Under the pieces are notes generated by a model. The model searched no databases. It saw nothing but the letters and a program-made list of their open reading frames with translations, and was not told the origin of the DNA. The translations under genes were made by a program, and so were the position numbers. From Macrostomum lignano (Eukaryota): a stretch of 64,000 nucleotides of DNA. The DNA lies in assembly GCA_002269645.1 (NCBI GenBank), contig NIVC01000010.1, positions 1 through 64,000 on the forward strand, given 5' to 3'. This document shows, piece after piece, positions 49,265 through 63,612 of the stretch. How positions within the stretch are numbered: position 1 is the first letter of the stretch; each line of letters starts with the position of its first letter.

Positions 49265-50822
49265 GGCCCATAGTCAGGAAGGTGACAAAGTGTGCGCCGG
49301 AATAAATTTTAGAGGGACAATCTGTGCGCCGTCTGTGCGCCATCTGTGCGCCGTCTGTGCGCCATCTGTGCGCCATCTGTGTACCGTCTGTGCGCCGTTA
49401 TTAAAAAATTGAATAATTACAACTGCACGCCGAAAAAAAATTAGTGCACGCCCATTCTCAAAAATACGCCGGTGTTGCGACAATAAATGACCTTTTTTAC
49501 GTTGTGACAATAAAAGACCTTTTTTAAATTGCGTAGGAGACCCTTATTATTAGATAATTTTGTTTCTTTTAAAGCTTTTTCGGCGATACTATTTACAGCG
49601 CAAAGTTTATACGTGCAAAAATTTGTTTAAATACTCTTTTACGAGCTGGAAAAAAACGGAAAGCTTGAAATTTGCGGCTAAAAATGGACTTTTTTCATCT
49701 TTTTTCTACTTTACAATAACTCTTACGCGTGATTCTATAAAGTGCACGCCAGGTGTGCACGCATACTTTTTTCTCAGGAGTGATGCACGCCAACTGTGCA
49801 CACCTAATTTTGGCGTGCAAGGCCAATGCACGCCCAAATTTTTGGGCATACTACATGATCCAGAGTGTGGGTGCGCCAATGTACGCTGAGACCCTTTGTG
49901 TGCGCCGCGCTTGTGCGCCAATGTGCGCTGAGACCCTTTGTGTGCGCCGCGCTTGTGCGCCAATGTGCGCCGAGACCCTTTGTGTGCGCGGGAATTTTCC
50001 TCCTCAGAGGCCACCTTCCTGACTATGGCCTAGGGCCATAGTTAAGAAGATGGCCTTTTTCATGGAAAATTCTGGCGCAAAATAGGGTTGGACATGCACT
50101 GTGCCAGCATATTCCGGTGCAATAGTAGGCAAGGGAGAAAAATCTGGTGCCCCTATTGCAGCCAAGGTCTGAACCGCGCCGGACGCCCCCCTTTCCCGCG
50201 CCAGACATCTACCCGTACCGCGCCAGGGCCAGTCCCCAGGATCAGTGATTTGGTTCAATTTTCCCATGCCCCGCGCCACGCCGCCGCGCGCCGCCGCCAC
50301 ACGACACGCCACCGCGCGCCGCCGCCACGCGCCGCGCCGCTGCCGCGCGCCGCGCCGCCGCCAGGCCAATCCGCGCCGGACGCCGTCCACGAAAATGGCC
50401 ATTGGCTGCAATAGGGTCTGGTGCAGTATGATGCAAGACAAAAAAATGGCACAATTTGTTGCAAGACAAAAGCTTCCAAGGAAACAATATTTTCTCTGAT
50501 AGGAAAAAAGCATGTAATTTATTGTACTTTTTGTTTGCCAGATATTAATGACTTTTTAATTATTTTATGTCAACATTGTATTTTCTATGAAACAGATTCA
50601 AATACAAGTTTTACTAGTATTTTTCAAATAGAAAATTACTGATTTTTTGCATTTTTTCAAAAAGCTGTGGTACATAATGTGAGTAGATTTTTTATGGGAA
50701 TAGTTCCAGCATATGGCGCAAGCAAACCTCTTTGATAGGATTTGTTCTAGCACATGGTATAATCTAACTTTTTTGATAGGATTCATTCTGGCACAAGCAT
50801 GCCATGATCTTGACTATGGACC
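49265..50822. mobile_element. Two adjacent non-autonomous TIR elements (49265-50030 and 50034-50822), PIF/Harbinger-like
   Basis: TIRs GGCC(C)ATAGT.../...GACTATGG(A)CC with TAG at all three junctions. A diverged relative lies at about 62341-63612. Confidence 0.6.
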
Positions 50823-52786
50823 TAGGGCTCTTTTATTTGCTATTATATTTAATAGTAGTACTATCTTATAGCATTTATATTAGTTAATCTAATATTATAT
50901 TATATATAGATCCATTGTCTCATAATGTGTGAGCTACACAGGAACATTTTTTGGCTGCTACAGAAATTGCCTGCAGCATAGTGCGCAGCCAGCAGTTATG
51001 CTTTGCATGCGAGACCTGTGGGATGTTGCAACAATAAAGGACCTTTTTGTAGTTGCTAGTTCCAACAACTACATGCACTACACATGGATTCTTTAAATTC
51101 ATTTACAAAAAATGCAACTTAACATTAATTATATCAATTATATTGTTCAGCAATACTAACATTAAAAAACAATGACTAAAATTTGTAGGCCTAACACCAT
51201 TAGTATAATTAATATATACACTTCAAAAACAGTTCTGAGATCTAATTTTTGCCTTGCATTTATGGAACTCCATCACAGACTTTAAAAAAAAGTAAATAGT
51301 TTAACAAAACTAAAAAATGGTTCTTTAGTTTTTAGTGCATCAATGCTACACAGCAGCATACAAATTTGCTATGTGCAGTCAGCACACAGACTACATATTG
51401 TTGGTAATGGCTCCACGCCACACTGTATGTGGCATAGATATTCAAAAGCCCATCTGTGCAGGAATTTTCACCAAAAAGGGCATATATAAGACTATGGATA
51501 CAGATAGATATCCCTTTCCTATGTGTAAATAGGCCTAGGCAAAACATATGAAGCTTGAATATAATATTGACTCTTATTGAAGTCTATCATAAGACATTTT
51601 AGCAATATATCATTTAGCAATAAATATTTTTGTAAAAAGCTTTAGCAAATATAGATAGATATGGTTAGGAATTGTAATCTCTAGAGTGTTATAGACAAGC
51701 ATACAAACAAACCTTAGATTTAGTATATTTGGAGTTTTTATTTTAACCTTTATATATTTAATTTTTAGCTTTAATATTTATAGTGATATTTAGGTCAAAT
51801 AGATAATAATTTACAAGAAATGAGAAATAATGAGAAATGCTGCATAAAAGAATAGCAAGTTGTTATTTTTGATTAAAAAATAGTGCATTCTGTTTAGCCA
51901 TGCTGTTGTTACGAGTATGTTATCCTAGTTTAGTAGTACAATTAAATCACTTGTCATATATTGCCCTATAAGAAAAGTTGTAAAACTGTGGATGGTGTCT
52001 GGTGCACTTTTGAAATTTTTCTAAAGCATAATGTGCGCACAGGCATGCAGTGCCTGCACGCACACTGCCCTTTCTTGCTGACTGCTGCTCTAGCAAATAC
52101 ATATACATGGAAAGGGGTCTAATACCTCTGTGGAAGGGGCCTATACACTCATAATTTATAAAGCTTAGAAAAGTTTCAAAATTTTGATTTTATTTTCCAA
52201 AATTTGAATTTTTTAAGAGTGAATTTCAATTATAAAAAAATTAGAAGTCAAAGTTTTGGAAGTGTCTAAAAGTTGCTAAAAATAAACTAATTTCTGCTAC
52301 ATATACATGTATTTCATTTTGCATAAGCAGTAAATTGAAAGTAAAAAAGTGAGTGTTGGTCTTAATAAACTGTTTTTCTGAATTTTTATTTTGGAAAATT
52401 TTAATTTCAATTTTGGAAAGTTAGCAAATTTTGATTTCAACCAAACGGAACATCTCTAATAATCCTAAAGCATGGTAAAATAATTTCTTTTTCTAAAGCA
52501 GGTGTCTGCGGGTTTTCAACATTTATTCCAATAGGGAAATATTGTATAAGTGATAGTCTAAGCTCACTCAAACTTACTGCCTAACCTTAATACTATCAAT
52601 CCCATTTACTGCTCTATACTATTGCACTAATAATTATTCTACTATAATCTCTAACTAACTTTACTTCTGTATTCATAATTGTACCCCACCATATTGTTGC
52701 TATTAAATTCAATTTTTTAAAAATTATTATTCTTTGTCAAGAAGTTTTTTTACAAAATTACTTTTGCCATACTGATTAGTGTATTA

Positions 52787-54106
52787 CGAGGGGTGATCAA
52801 AAAGTTCTGCAAGTGGCCTCACAACTCTGTGTTACAGCAGCTGAGGCGTCTAATCAGTGTCACACATTCTCTCAATACTTTCTAGCACCATCAATGCACC
52901 TTTGCATGCGTGTGCACCATGTCTAAAAGCAGTCATGGTACTCCGAAGTTGGTATACCCTGTAGAGCTGAATGTACCGCTTGGGCAAGGTCTTGCATACG
53001 TGAAAACAGCCTCCCACAAATGATGGATTTGATCCTTGAGAACAGCCAAAAGTTGCATGGTGCTAGGCCTAGAGAGTAGGGTGAATGGGGCAGCAGCTGG
53101 ACCCCCTGCTGCTCCAGGTACTCCATGGTTGAGGCTGCTCTGTGTGGTGCCGCATTGTCATGGTGCAGTAGGAGTCGAGGTCCATGCCTGGTTCGCGCAC
53201 ATTCCTGCCGCTCCTGCAGCACTCCTGGCAGAACAGTGTCTGTGTAGTACCTGGCAGTTACTGTGGCACCTGCTGGAAGGATGTTCACCAATACAACACC
53301 CTGAGAGTTGAAAAAAATGGTGAATATCCGCTGCTGACTGCGTAATCTGGTCTTCAGCACCTCAGGCCTCGGGCTCATCTTCTGCCAGCCAGACCATGTT
53401 GGACTGCTTATCCTTCATGGTGAAAGAAGGAGATCCAACATTTGTCTCCTGTGATGACATCTGATAGTCGTCGTGGGCTGTGGGGCTCAAACATTTGCAC
53501 CCACAAGAGACAGATGCTCACCCTCTCTGCTTGCTGCTCCAGAGTGGGAAGATGGGGTACCCACCAAGCGCAGATCTTTGTGTGGCCCAGTTGCTCATGC
53601 ATGATGTTATGAGCACTTCCATAGCTGACACCAAGCTCATAGACAAGGAATCTTAATGTAATGCTCCAATCCTCATGAATTATTGCAACGGCATGGGCCA
53701 CGACATCTTTGGTCACGGATGTCCGGGGTTGGCTAGACCTCGGTTCATTGTTGAAGCTGTCCCAGCCTTCCAAGAAATGGCACAGCCAGCGAGCAACCGT
53801 GTCAAATGATGGAGCAGAGTCAGCTAAAACATTCATCAGATCGGTGTGAATCTCAGTCACTTTGCAACCAAGTTGCATGCACATAAATATATAAAAGGGA
53901 ACATTGTCTTTTGATGTTTCCATCAGCTACTGAAAACACATGGAAAATATATGGCTGTGGAATTTTACTGGAGCACATTTGGAAGCCAAAAATGCATATA
54001 AATATAGCAAACAGATATAGTCGCATATGTGTAAGTTTTTGGCTTTTGCCGCTTCTATAACTAAAAGCTATAACAAAAGGTTGCAGAACTTTTTGATCAC
54101 CCCTTG
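52787..54106 (-). mobile_element. Mariner (DD34D) transposon with a pseudogenised transposase
   Basis: TIR CGAGGGGTGATCAAAAAGTTCTGCAA, TA TSD, and motifs WVPHL, TGDKCW, HDNAAPH, YSLGLAPCNFWLF. Frameshifted. Confidence 0.92.
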
Positions 54107-54897
54107 TATCATACTAGTACTTCTTGGCACTTTTTAATATTAAGATTTGATTGAGATTCAATTAAAAAAGTCAAAATCTCTAATATCAACTGGAGATCAA
54201 GATCTTATCCAACCTCTAATATATATTATAGTCACTATGACAATCTGGATTAATTTAGGAGAAAATATATTCATGCACTGAAATTCCCATACTTATGATT
54301 ACAAAACAACTTAACCAATTACAACCAACATTTTACATTGCTATTCATGATAGCAATCCTCCCCCCTGCAAGGTTGTGGTATCATCAGCTACATTACTGA
54401 ATGAAATTAAAGGCAATTTGCAGACTATGTAATCAAGGTAAGAATGCATAGTTAAATAAATATTTGGTTATCTTAAATTAGCTATGACCATAGGGCAACT
54501 GTTGACATCTGAGTGGAATGAAATATTACATGTCATAGAGCATCAACTTTAATTTTGGCATCCTAAATTTGTAGATCATTAAATGTTTAATTGGCATCCC
54601 ATTTTTTAAGCTGGATAATGATTTGGTTTAGGTTTCATATTTTTGTAATTGATGTTTTATTTGAAGTATCAATAACTTAATTATTGCCTTAATAATAGTC
54701 AAATTTGAGTAATCTCTTTACATAGGGCCTTTAGACTTTTGCAAGTTCCACAGGCTGGAGAGGCTCAGCAGTGTAAAGGGTAGGGCAGAGATGTCAAAGT
54801 TTTTAACTGATGCCAGTTTGGCATCCTGATTCTGGTTTTCAGTTGGGAGCACAAATACTAGAATAACTGGATGGGCCACTCAGCACTTTTGTGTGTA

Positions 54898-55237
54898 AGC
54901 TACTTTCAGTTCAGTAGTAAGTTTAACTAAAGCATTTTAATGCATTTTAAAAGCCAAGGCTACTTTATTGGCTCTTACCCCCCAGCTTAAACCCTACAAC
55001 CACGCTTTTCCACTCTACCCCTCACCCTGCTCCAATTTTTATTGCCTTTCTCGGAATTCCAGCCTGAAGCTGCCATGTACATTTCAGTGGACTGGCTAAT
55101 GTACATTATTGCTGAACCAATTAGCAAGTTGTTTACGCCTGCAAGCTTGAGCTTCTAAACTTATCAAAGTCATTTCAGCTGCCTTTATTTTTGTAAAATA
55201 GCTTATGGATTCTTCTTTGCTACTGAACTGAAAGTAG
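54898..55237. mobile_element. Second copy of the TA-MITE at 30880
   Basis: Same left TIR and internal sequence; the right TIR is slightly truncated. Confidence 0.7.
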
Positions 55238-57514
55238 AAAGCTGTTTTACTAAGTATATATGCCTGAGTGGCCCATCTACTTATTTCAGTATCTGTGGTT
55301 GGGAGTGGGTTCACAAATTAAATTTCGCAACATCAAAAGCGCCTTCCTTCACAAAATTGAAATTTCACGAAATGAAAGGGTTTAGTTACTACTTCTAGCT
55401 ACTCAGTTACAAGTAGTATAATCCTAATGTTTACTACTGACTAATTTCAAGGTTGGCCAGCACGCAGTCGCGCTTATCACAGCATAGCGTGGATACCGCA
55501 GGCCCGAGACGCCGACTCCGCTGTCGCCGCCTCAGGCCGGCAGAACTCTGTCAGACGATGCTGCAGCGAAGCCAAATCCGACGCGGATGATGAGTCATCG
55601 ATTACAGCTAGACAAGTGGTTGCATTGTCAGCTTTTGTCCTGCTTGTGTCCTGCAAGTACGCCTTATATTATAAATACTATGGACAGAGTTTTAATAGAA
55701 ATAGTGTTGATGGCAGTTGCCATACCGGCAATGACGAGTCTGTCAAGTAGTATGAAGCGAACATTATTAGCGCTAAAAATTAACCAATGAGTTGGGTAAT
55801 AAGGCAGTTAATTAAAGGATGTCCACCCCGTTCTCTTTTCGCGGCTTTTGTTTTCGATTTGAGAAAATACTATTTTTAACTGTATTTGTCTTTTAAGTAC
55901 TTCTAAGTACTTTCAGCAACACCAATAAGGTTGGATGATTTGTGAGTTCTTTGCAAAATTTCGTTTACGTACGATAAAGGAAGATTTGGAGAATAGAAAA
56001 GTTGCTTTTAGAATTTCGTTGATTAATCAATCAAAACTTACTATTTTTCGAACCCTATAACAAGCTGGCAAATTTTACTGGAAGATATTGTGAAATATTT
56101 CAGTTTTTCTCAACACTAAATACCCAGTATTTACCTCGCTTTCTAGATTCGTTTATCATAAAAAATCGAGAAAAAGAAGTATTTATTGCAGAGCGGCAAC
56201 GCTCAAACTAAACTTGTGTCTTCTAAAACGGATCTCTTGCAAAGATTTGCGGTAGATTTTGCATAGCGCCGAATGAGGTTTTGCCATAGACAAATCTGAA
56301 ACTTTGCTTGGTTGGCGATCTCCGCCAAGCATTTCATTATACCATTTCAAGATTTTAGCAAAAGTGACCTTAATTGTGACAAGCCCATAGACAAAGCATT
56401 GACAATCCGGCAAAATCTCTATGGCCAACTGTGGCAAAAATCAGTTAAAGTGCGCATTCAACTTTGGCAAAAGAGTCATCTGAATGACAAACTGTAACAA
56501 ACAAACTGATAAAAGCAAGATAAAAACATAAAACAGTCACTGCTTCAATGATCCAACTGTCACATGGAACTGACTCAACCTATGACAGTATATAGATTCT
56601 GTTTGTTTCTGTATGAATTTACTTCATGTTCATTAGTTTAGGCTCTTATCTCTGTAACTAAAGTTGGAGTGTACTTTTCAGTTTTGGTATTGCTGCGTAA
56701 TAACTGTATCTGCCTCATTCTGCAGTAAATTTTCTTTAATAAATATATGTAATTGTTGATAAGAGTAATTTTTATAACAAAACATGCAATTTCGTTTTTC
56801 GTGTTTTTTTATTTACAAATTGGCACCTTTACACCGTTAGATTGGCACAGCAGACGTTTTCTTCGACGATAAACTGACGTCTGCGTCTCTCTCGGTCGAA
56901 CAACTCCCCACCAATCAAAAAACGTATGAAACATTCGCCGACACTTATTCAGACACTTCTACTGACACTTTAGTTTCTGTCGTACGGTTAGGAACAAGCA
57001 TTAAATTTGTCTAGGACATTTCCTAATTCATATTTAATGAAATAAAGCAGTCCATGCATAGTTTTAATTTTGCAATTTTGTTTTTGTGCACTCGTTCCAG
57101 ACTTTCAAATTATCACGTATCAAAAAAGGGCCAATTTTCGTGTGATCAACCGTCATTCCGTGTGTCATTCGGTTTACATGTAATAATAGCTCATTGGATG
57201 GCCGTATGAACAAATTAAATTAATAGTGAGAATTTTTTAAAGACTCAAGTGGCACCATAGCTGCATACAATAAACTTAGGCTTACCCATTTTAAAATGGT
57301 CCATAATTAAAATGTGTTTTAGTCCGAGTGTCATTTATAAATTGCTGAGAAAGTTAAAATAATTTTGTCGATTTTGTCAACTGGCAATGCTTAAAATAGG
57401 ATAATTACGAGTACTAAGCCTTTTACCATACATGTTCTACATGTAAACAAACTTATTACAAACTTAAACAAACGATACTATATATATATAGAACCCTCCT
57501 GAAGTAAAATAAAT

Positions 57515-58185
57515 GGCAGTGACTATTCGTCCGGTACCGGACAAATAAAAGTGAAGTTATTCGTCCGGTACCGGATAAATAAAATTAAAGTTATTCGTCC
57601 GGTACTGGATAAAGTGAAGTTATTCGTCCGGCACAGTACGGACTTGAATATACAATAAAAACTTTTAAAATACAGGAAATACTCAAAAAAGTAGTATATA
57701 GTTCACTTTTTAGCTAGAAGCAGAAAATATTTGTTATGATTAGATAGTGCTGTTTCTCAGAAATTCTAGAACTTTGGGCAAAAAGTACTTGGGCAAAAAC
57801 TACATGTCATTGCCCGATCCAGCAGTTTTGTATAATTTTTACCTTTATTATATTTCGTTCTATACATATCGGTATGTTTTGGTTTCACAGTAGACAGTAG
57901 TCATAGTACAGTCAAAATTAATAACGATATTTGCTGCTGTATAACACAAACGCCAAAGTAAGGACTTAGAGTTATAATTACAATAACACTTGGAGTTGTT
58001 ACAATAAAAAGTGGAGTCTTCACTACAGACTCGAACTCAGTACTGACTGATCATCAGAAAGATGCACAGAGTAGCAATTCACGCAGCTCAGCCGGTACCG
58101 GACGAATAACTTCACTGTTATTTATCCGGTACTGGACAAATAACTTCACTTTTATTTATCCGGTACCGGACAAATAGTCACTGCC
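57515..58185. mobile_element. MITE with a 9-bp TSD (Mutator-like)
   Basis: TIR GGCAGTGACTATT(C/T)GTCCGGTACCGGA and TSD AAAATAAAT (57506-57514 and 58186-58194). Confidence 0.8.
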
Positions 58186-60433
58186 AAAATAAATATAGGT
58201 ACTCAGCAACATGTACACTCAATACAAAGGTGCACTGAACGTACATGCGCCTCTTTATCTGTACCTTACGTAATTCATCCAGTAGTTAAATTCGCATGCA
58301 TCAAATTGGGTGGCCCTTGTTTTGGCTTGATTATATATTTAAAATATTGTATGATGTCAGTACATGTATGAAGTTTCTATTTTAACATATGCAGCTATGG
58401 TACTATTTGTGAAATTAATAGAGCTTTACACTCGTACAACCGGGCAGACAGACACATCTTAGACAACTAGTTTTGGTGCATGGATGTTCTAAGGATTTAA
58501 TATTTTGTTGTCTGTTAGCTGTTGTCTTGGTTCATTTTTTGGCATGCCAGCTAACTGTCCAGCTCCCACACATTCAGTAGGCACATTTATATGCCATAGA
58601 TATTACAGAATCATTTAATTTCCAACTTCTTTGAAGTCATGGCAATAAGTTGGCAAGTATGACCGTGTACACTGTACACGCTATGTATATCACATGATTT
58701 GTAATTTAAATTTAAAAAGAGAAATTTTCAAAATTTAATTATCGCTTTTGCAGTACTCAAACAAAAAGCATAAATTATTAAGATTGTATATGTTCCACAA
58801 GATATGTATTACTTTAAGTGCCATAATAAGTGGCACTAATTTTAAGAATGGAAAGAAAATTAATAATGACGGGCCTTGTATTGCTACTTTATTTTTATGG
58901 TTTAGCCTTTTCCTAGAAGTATTGTTTGTAGAAAAAGCTAATCTTCTTGTTCCACAGACCAATACAATTGTTAAAAGTATAAAAAAGACTACCACTGCCA
59001 TAGAAGTTGAAAGAATTATAGTACATAGGAAGTAAGGGAAATGTTACACCCTACTTCTTACTTATACAGTGCTTGAACTTTTTATGCAGTGCACTGTGAT
59101 TATACATAGGTAGATAGGTGGATAGCCAGCCATTCATAGGCCTAGCTAGGTCTAGCTAGGACCTACTCATAAACATAGGCCTAGTCTTTTAACAAGCCAA
59201 TCTGTTGAAAAATTACAAATATTAAGCTTCTAGCTATATACAGCATATACTAGGCCTATAGTATGTATAGTTGAATTGTTTTGTCACAAAAAACATAAAT
59301 CGGCCCTAGGCCAATCCTATGGCTGGCTAGTTGGCCTTTGCTTGATATATTTGTATATATAAAAGCTTCCAGCTTTTATATCCACTTTTGATATATATTA
59401 GAGGTTGGACGGGATCAAAATTTTTAGGCGAGATTGGGATCAGGATTCAATTTTTCAAGATTGGGAATCAGGATTTGAGAAATATGATTATGATTTTATG
59501 AATATAAGCTTAAATGTAATCTGACCTGACTAGGCTAGAGAAATATAAAATTAATTATCATAACAATTAAAAGTAGAAAAGTTATATTTGAGTCAGGAAC
59601 ATAGAAAGTTTTACAAACTCTCAAAGGCCTATTAGTAATTATATAGTACAGGAATAATGCATAGAATTTGTATAAATGTAGCACAAAAGTACATAATCTA
59701 GGCCTAATTGCCTTTGCTTATTTAGTTTTATATTTATAGAGCTATAGTGGCTATATGGGCTATACTAGGGCCCATAACTATAGACTAGGCCTATAGAAGC
59801 CTGTTATACTAGCCCCTAATGACTACACTGGTATTGTCTTATGGCTTAGGCCTATAAAGATGCTGCTTGCTTTGAAGAGTTAATATATTATATACAAAAC
59901 TAAAAGTACTTTTTATTATATATTTAATAACCACTTCTACAACAAATAGCAATATCTTATCTTAGTTTATCAATTCAAAGCATAAAAAGTTAAATATTCT
60001 AATAAATAGGTATCATTATAATTATAAAAACTAAGGGCCTATTTATTCCTATATATTAAAAATGTCATTGCCCAAAATTTCTCCTCATGGTAATGACCCA
60101 TGGCAATGGCTGGCCATTGCCTAGAATTCTAATTTCAATGCAACCAATTAATTCAAGCCAATTTTTATCCAGTATCTTGCAAAGCGTATCTTGCATCAGT
60201 CAATTCAAAATGTTTATTTTAAGATGTAAATAATACAGTACAAATAATAGACAGTACAAAAAGCACAGTGTCAGTATATCATGTAAATTTTTGTCGGTGA
60301 TGAACATCATACTGGTTAAGCAAAGTACTAAAAGTCATTAAATAAAAAAGATTAAACTAGACTGTCATTCTTATTCTTTCAGTAATTCTAGGAGTACAAT
60401 TTGCTGATTCCTGTAGAAGTAAAGATTGCATGC

Positions 60434-61890
60434 CTAATTAAAGGAACATCTATAAAAGGTGCAATTGTTGAAGGCAAACTTTGTACCAACAGAATAGGCA
60501 GCTTCAGTGCTAACACTAACCTCCATCGATACTGCAGTCTCACCAACGATCTCAACAGCATCAGCATGTTCGGGTGGCCCAGCTTCTTGCTCTAGATCAT
60601 GATGATTCAATGCCACCTGAACAGACTCACTCGTCTTTTGAAGCAACTGGTCGCGACGCTTGGCTAGGTACCTCCTAGTCGTTCGCTTGCTCAGCTGTCC
60701 AGTAATGCTCATTATATCGCTCATGCTGTGCCCTGCTGCCTTGAGATCGCTTATTCGCGTGACCCTGTTTTAGAGTGCAAATTTATATAGTTGGATTCAT
60801 GAGTAATTGGTAACATAACATGTATCATAACATAATTAAAGTTACTATTATTAATTTATCAGTCTTACCAAATGCAATGATTCGTGTAGGTCTACGCAAG
60901 TCCCGCCTTTGTACTTAAGTTTCTCATGAAGCCACTCAGATAATTCTCTCCACGGTTCTGCTTCAAGGAGAAAACAGGGCCTCCATCATTGCGACTGGCC
61001 AAAGGACGAGGAAACAGATTGTTGTCCTTCGTTGTAACTGGAAGCAGCTTGAGGTATTTCTCCACCTTTTCCACATTGTAAATTCTGGCCTGCTTGTTGT
61101 CCAGCTGCTTCTTGGCCTTCTCTGGATCTGCTGACTTATTTTTCGAGGGCAACGGAGGTAGACAGTAGTACGGCTTTCCATCAGAGTCAATATGCAATTG
61201 AAGTGAGCTTCTATCCTTCAAGAACTTGAGGTGCTCCTGGCCTTGCTCGCCAAAGCTATATATGATGTGGAATAAGAATTTGTCCTGCTCAACTTCAGCT
61301 GTGCTGCCTTGGAAGTAGATCATCAGCTTCCTCGTGTCCCTCTCCTCAATTGGCTCAAACTGCTGCATCCTCCCACCACTGGTGAAAGTTTCGAACCTTC
61401 ACACGCAACATGCTATTTGCAGAAGAAAGTCTTCTCCATTGATGATGTCAATGGTTAGCTTCTTGATCATCCGCAAATAGCGCTGCAGTCCAGCCCTGAT
61501 GCATACCAGTGATGCGGGCGAGTAAGGTTCGCCGTCAATCTTCTTCAGTTTAAAGTAGAAGTAGCGAATGTATTGGTTGAGCATCGAATTCGGAATGGTT
61601 TGTAAATTGTGCTGAAGATTTTCCTCTGTGAGGAATGTCTTGAACTGCTGTCCATGGCTGATCATCTGCTTCCTGCTATCTGCTAGTAGGCTATCAATCT
61701 CGGCGATGTCCATGGCGCTGATATCTATGCTGCCTTCCTGCAGGAGCGGCAGATGCTCATTGGGCTCGGGCTCCTTTTGAATGAATTCGAGAAATCTAGC
61801 AAACTCGTCGTCCCTTCTGTCATTGTAAGAAGCCTCCGAAACAAAATTCAATTCGTCCTTAGTCACATTGCCCAGCTCACTGCAGGGCAA
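60434..61890 (-). pseudogene. Crypton-type tyrosine recombinase (DUF3504-like) relic with a spliceosomal intron at 60765-60868
   Basis: DGEPYSPASLVCIRAGLQRYL, GENYLSGFMRNLS, YTNHCI[W]|VT...SITG[Q]...RRY. The GTAAG...ACAG intron restores the frame. Premature stop and frameshift present. Confidence 0.8.
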
Positions 61891-62340
61891 ATGCTTTCAA
61901 TTAATGAGTGGTGCCTCTATCTCTGCAGCCGTCCACTTTTCTTTATTTGAGATTTGACCTCTAGACACGCAAATATTTATATTTGTAATTAATTTAGGGG
62001 TGGGTGACTTTAGGTGCATGACTTAAAGGTGAGACATAGGCGAGGTGGAGGTAACCTTATCTCAAACCCCCTTAGCAGCATCAACTGATAAGAATTCATG
62101 ATAGTGTACATTAAAGTGCGTAGATTACGTAAGAGTTTTGAAATTTTAAGCAATGATGCTGCAGGAGCATCATTGCTTAAAATTTTTGCAATGCTACCCT
62201 TTTTGGTAGCTGCGAGTGTCAATTAGGCCATTGCCTTAAACTCTGACTTCCAATGAACCTTCCATTATTTAAAGTTGCACATAAATTTCTAGTTTTTTAG
62301 TTCAATCAGATTCATAATTAAACAAAATATTAAAATATAG

Positions 62341-63612
62341 GCCCTATAGTCCAGATCATGCTCAATGTATGCCCAAACAAAAATTGAATAATTACAAATA
62401 AATATAAAAAATGATTGCATGCCTATTTTCAAAACTAAGAAGGTTGTTTACAACAATAAATGACCTTTTTATGTTATGAGAATAAATGAAATTTTTTAAA
62501 TTGTGCAATACACCCTTTTTGGCAAATAATTTGGTTAATTTTTCTACTTTTTTGACAATACTATTCACAGTAGAAAAATGATACATGCAAAGATTTGTTT
62601 AAATGCTTTATTATAAGCTTTTAAAACCTAGAAAACTTGAAATTTATGCTTAAAATGAACTTTTTAAAATCTTTTTTTCTACCTTATAATAACTTTTCCA
62701 TGTGATTCTATGAAGTGCATACTAGGTAGGCACATATATTATTTTTTAGGAGTAATGATGCATACCAACTATGCACACCTACTAAGGCCAATGCATGCCC
62801 AAGTTTTTGGGCATATACACTACATGATCTAGAGTGTAGTATAGGCCAAATAAATTGGCTATCCTATAGAATTGTTTGTTAAACTCACTGTATGCATATT
62901 TTTTAGCTATTGACATGAAATTTTTCAAAAATGAATATTTTCATTATACCAATTTTTTAAGCATTTTGGCATTAAAATTATATTGTAGGGGGGGGGGGGG
63001 TTGCAACTTAATTTTCATATGCAATTTCTGGGTTTTTCTAAATTTTAACAACTATTAACAATTATGCAATTTTGAATTTGTGCGCTGATGTCATTGGCAA
63101 AAAATGTGTCTATGGTCAAAATTATTTACAAACTTTGAGGCTTTGAAGAAAAGGGTTTGGGGTTAGAAATATTTTGTTGCTAAGCTACAAATACTGCAAA
63201 AAAGTGCTTTCCACTTAAAAAATGGCCAGTAGACAACCTTATAGTCAGGAAGATGGCCTTTTTTATGGTAAATTCTAATGCAAAAAGGGATTGGACATCT
63301 GGCACTATAGCAAGCAAGGGAGAAAAATCCCATTGCAGTAGAGCCAATACAAAAAATGGCATGATTTGGTGCAAGACAAAAACTTCTAACAAGACAATGT
63401 TTTCTCTAACAGAAAATTAGCATATTATTTCTTTTTATTAGCACTTTTTGTTTGCCAGTGTATTGATGGCTTTTTAATTAATACATATTAACATGGCATT
63501 TACTAGTTTTACTAGTATTATTCATTTTTCAAGAAGTTGTGGTACATGGTGCAAGCAAACTTTTTTGATAGGATTCATTCCAGCACAGGTGTGCCATGAT
63601 CCTGACTATGGC
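62341..63612. mobile_element. Older, CpG-depleted relative of the 49265-50822 elements
   Basis: Collinear similarity to 49430-49870 and 50034-50822, with CTATAGTC and GACTATGGC TIR remnants. Confidence 0.55.

Noticed and set aside
55450-55660. GC-rich island as a possible exon
   Set aside because: One frame is open, but there is no recognisable homology and no convincing splice partner.
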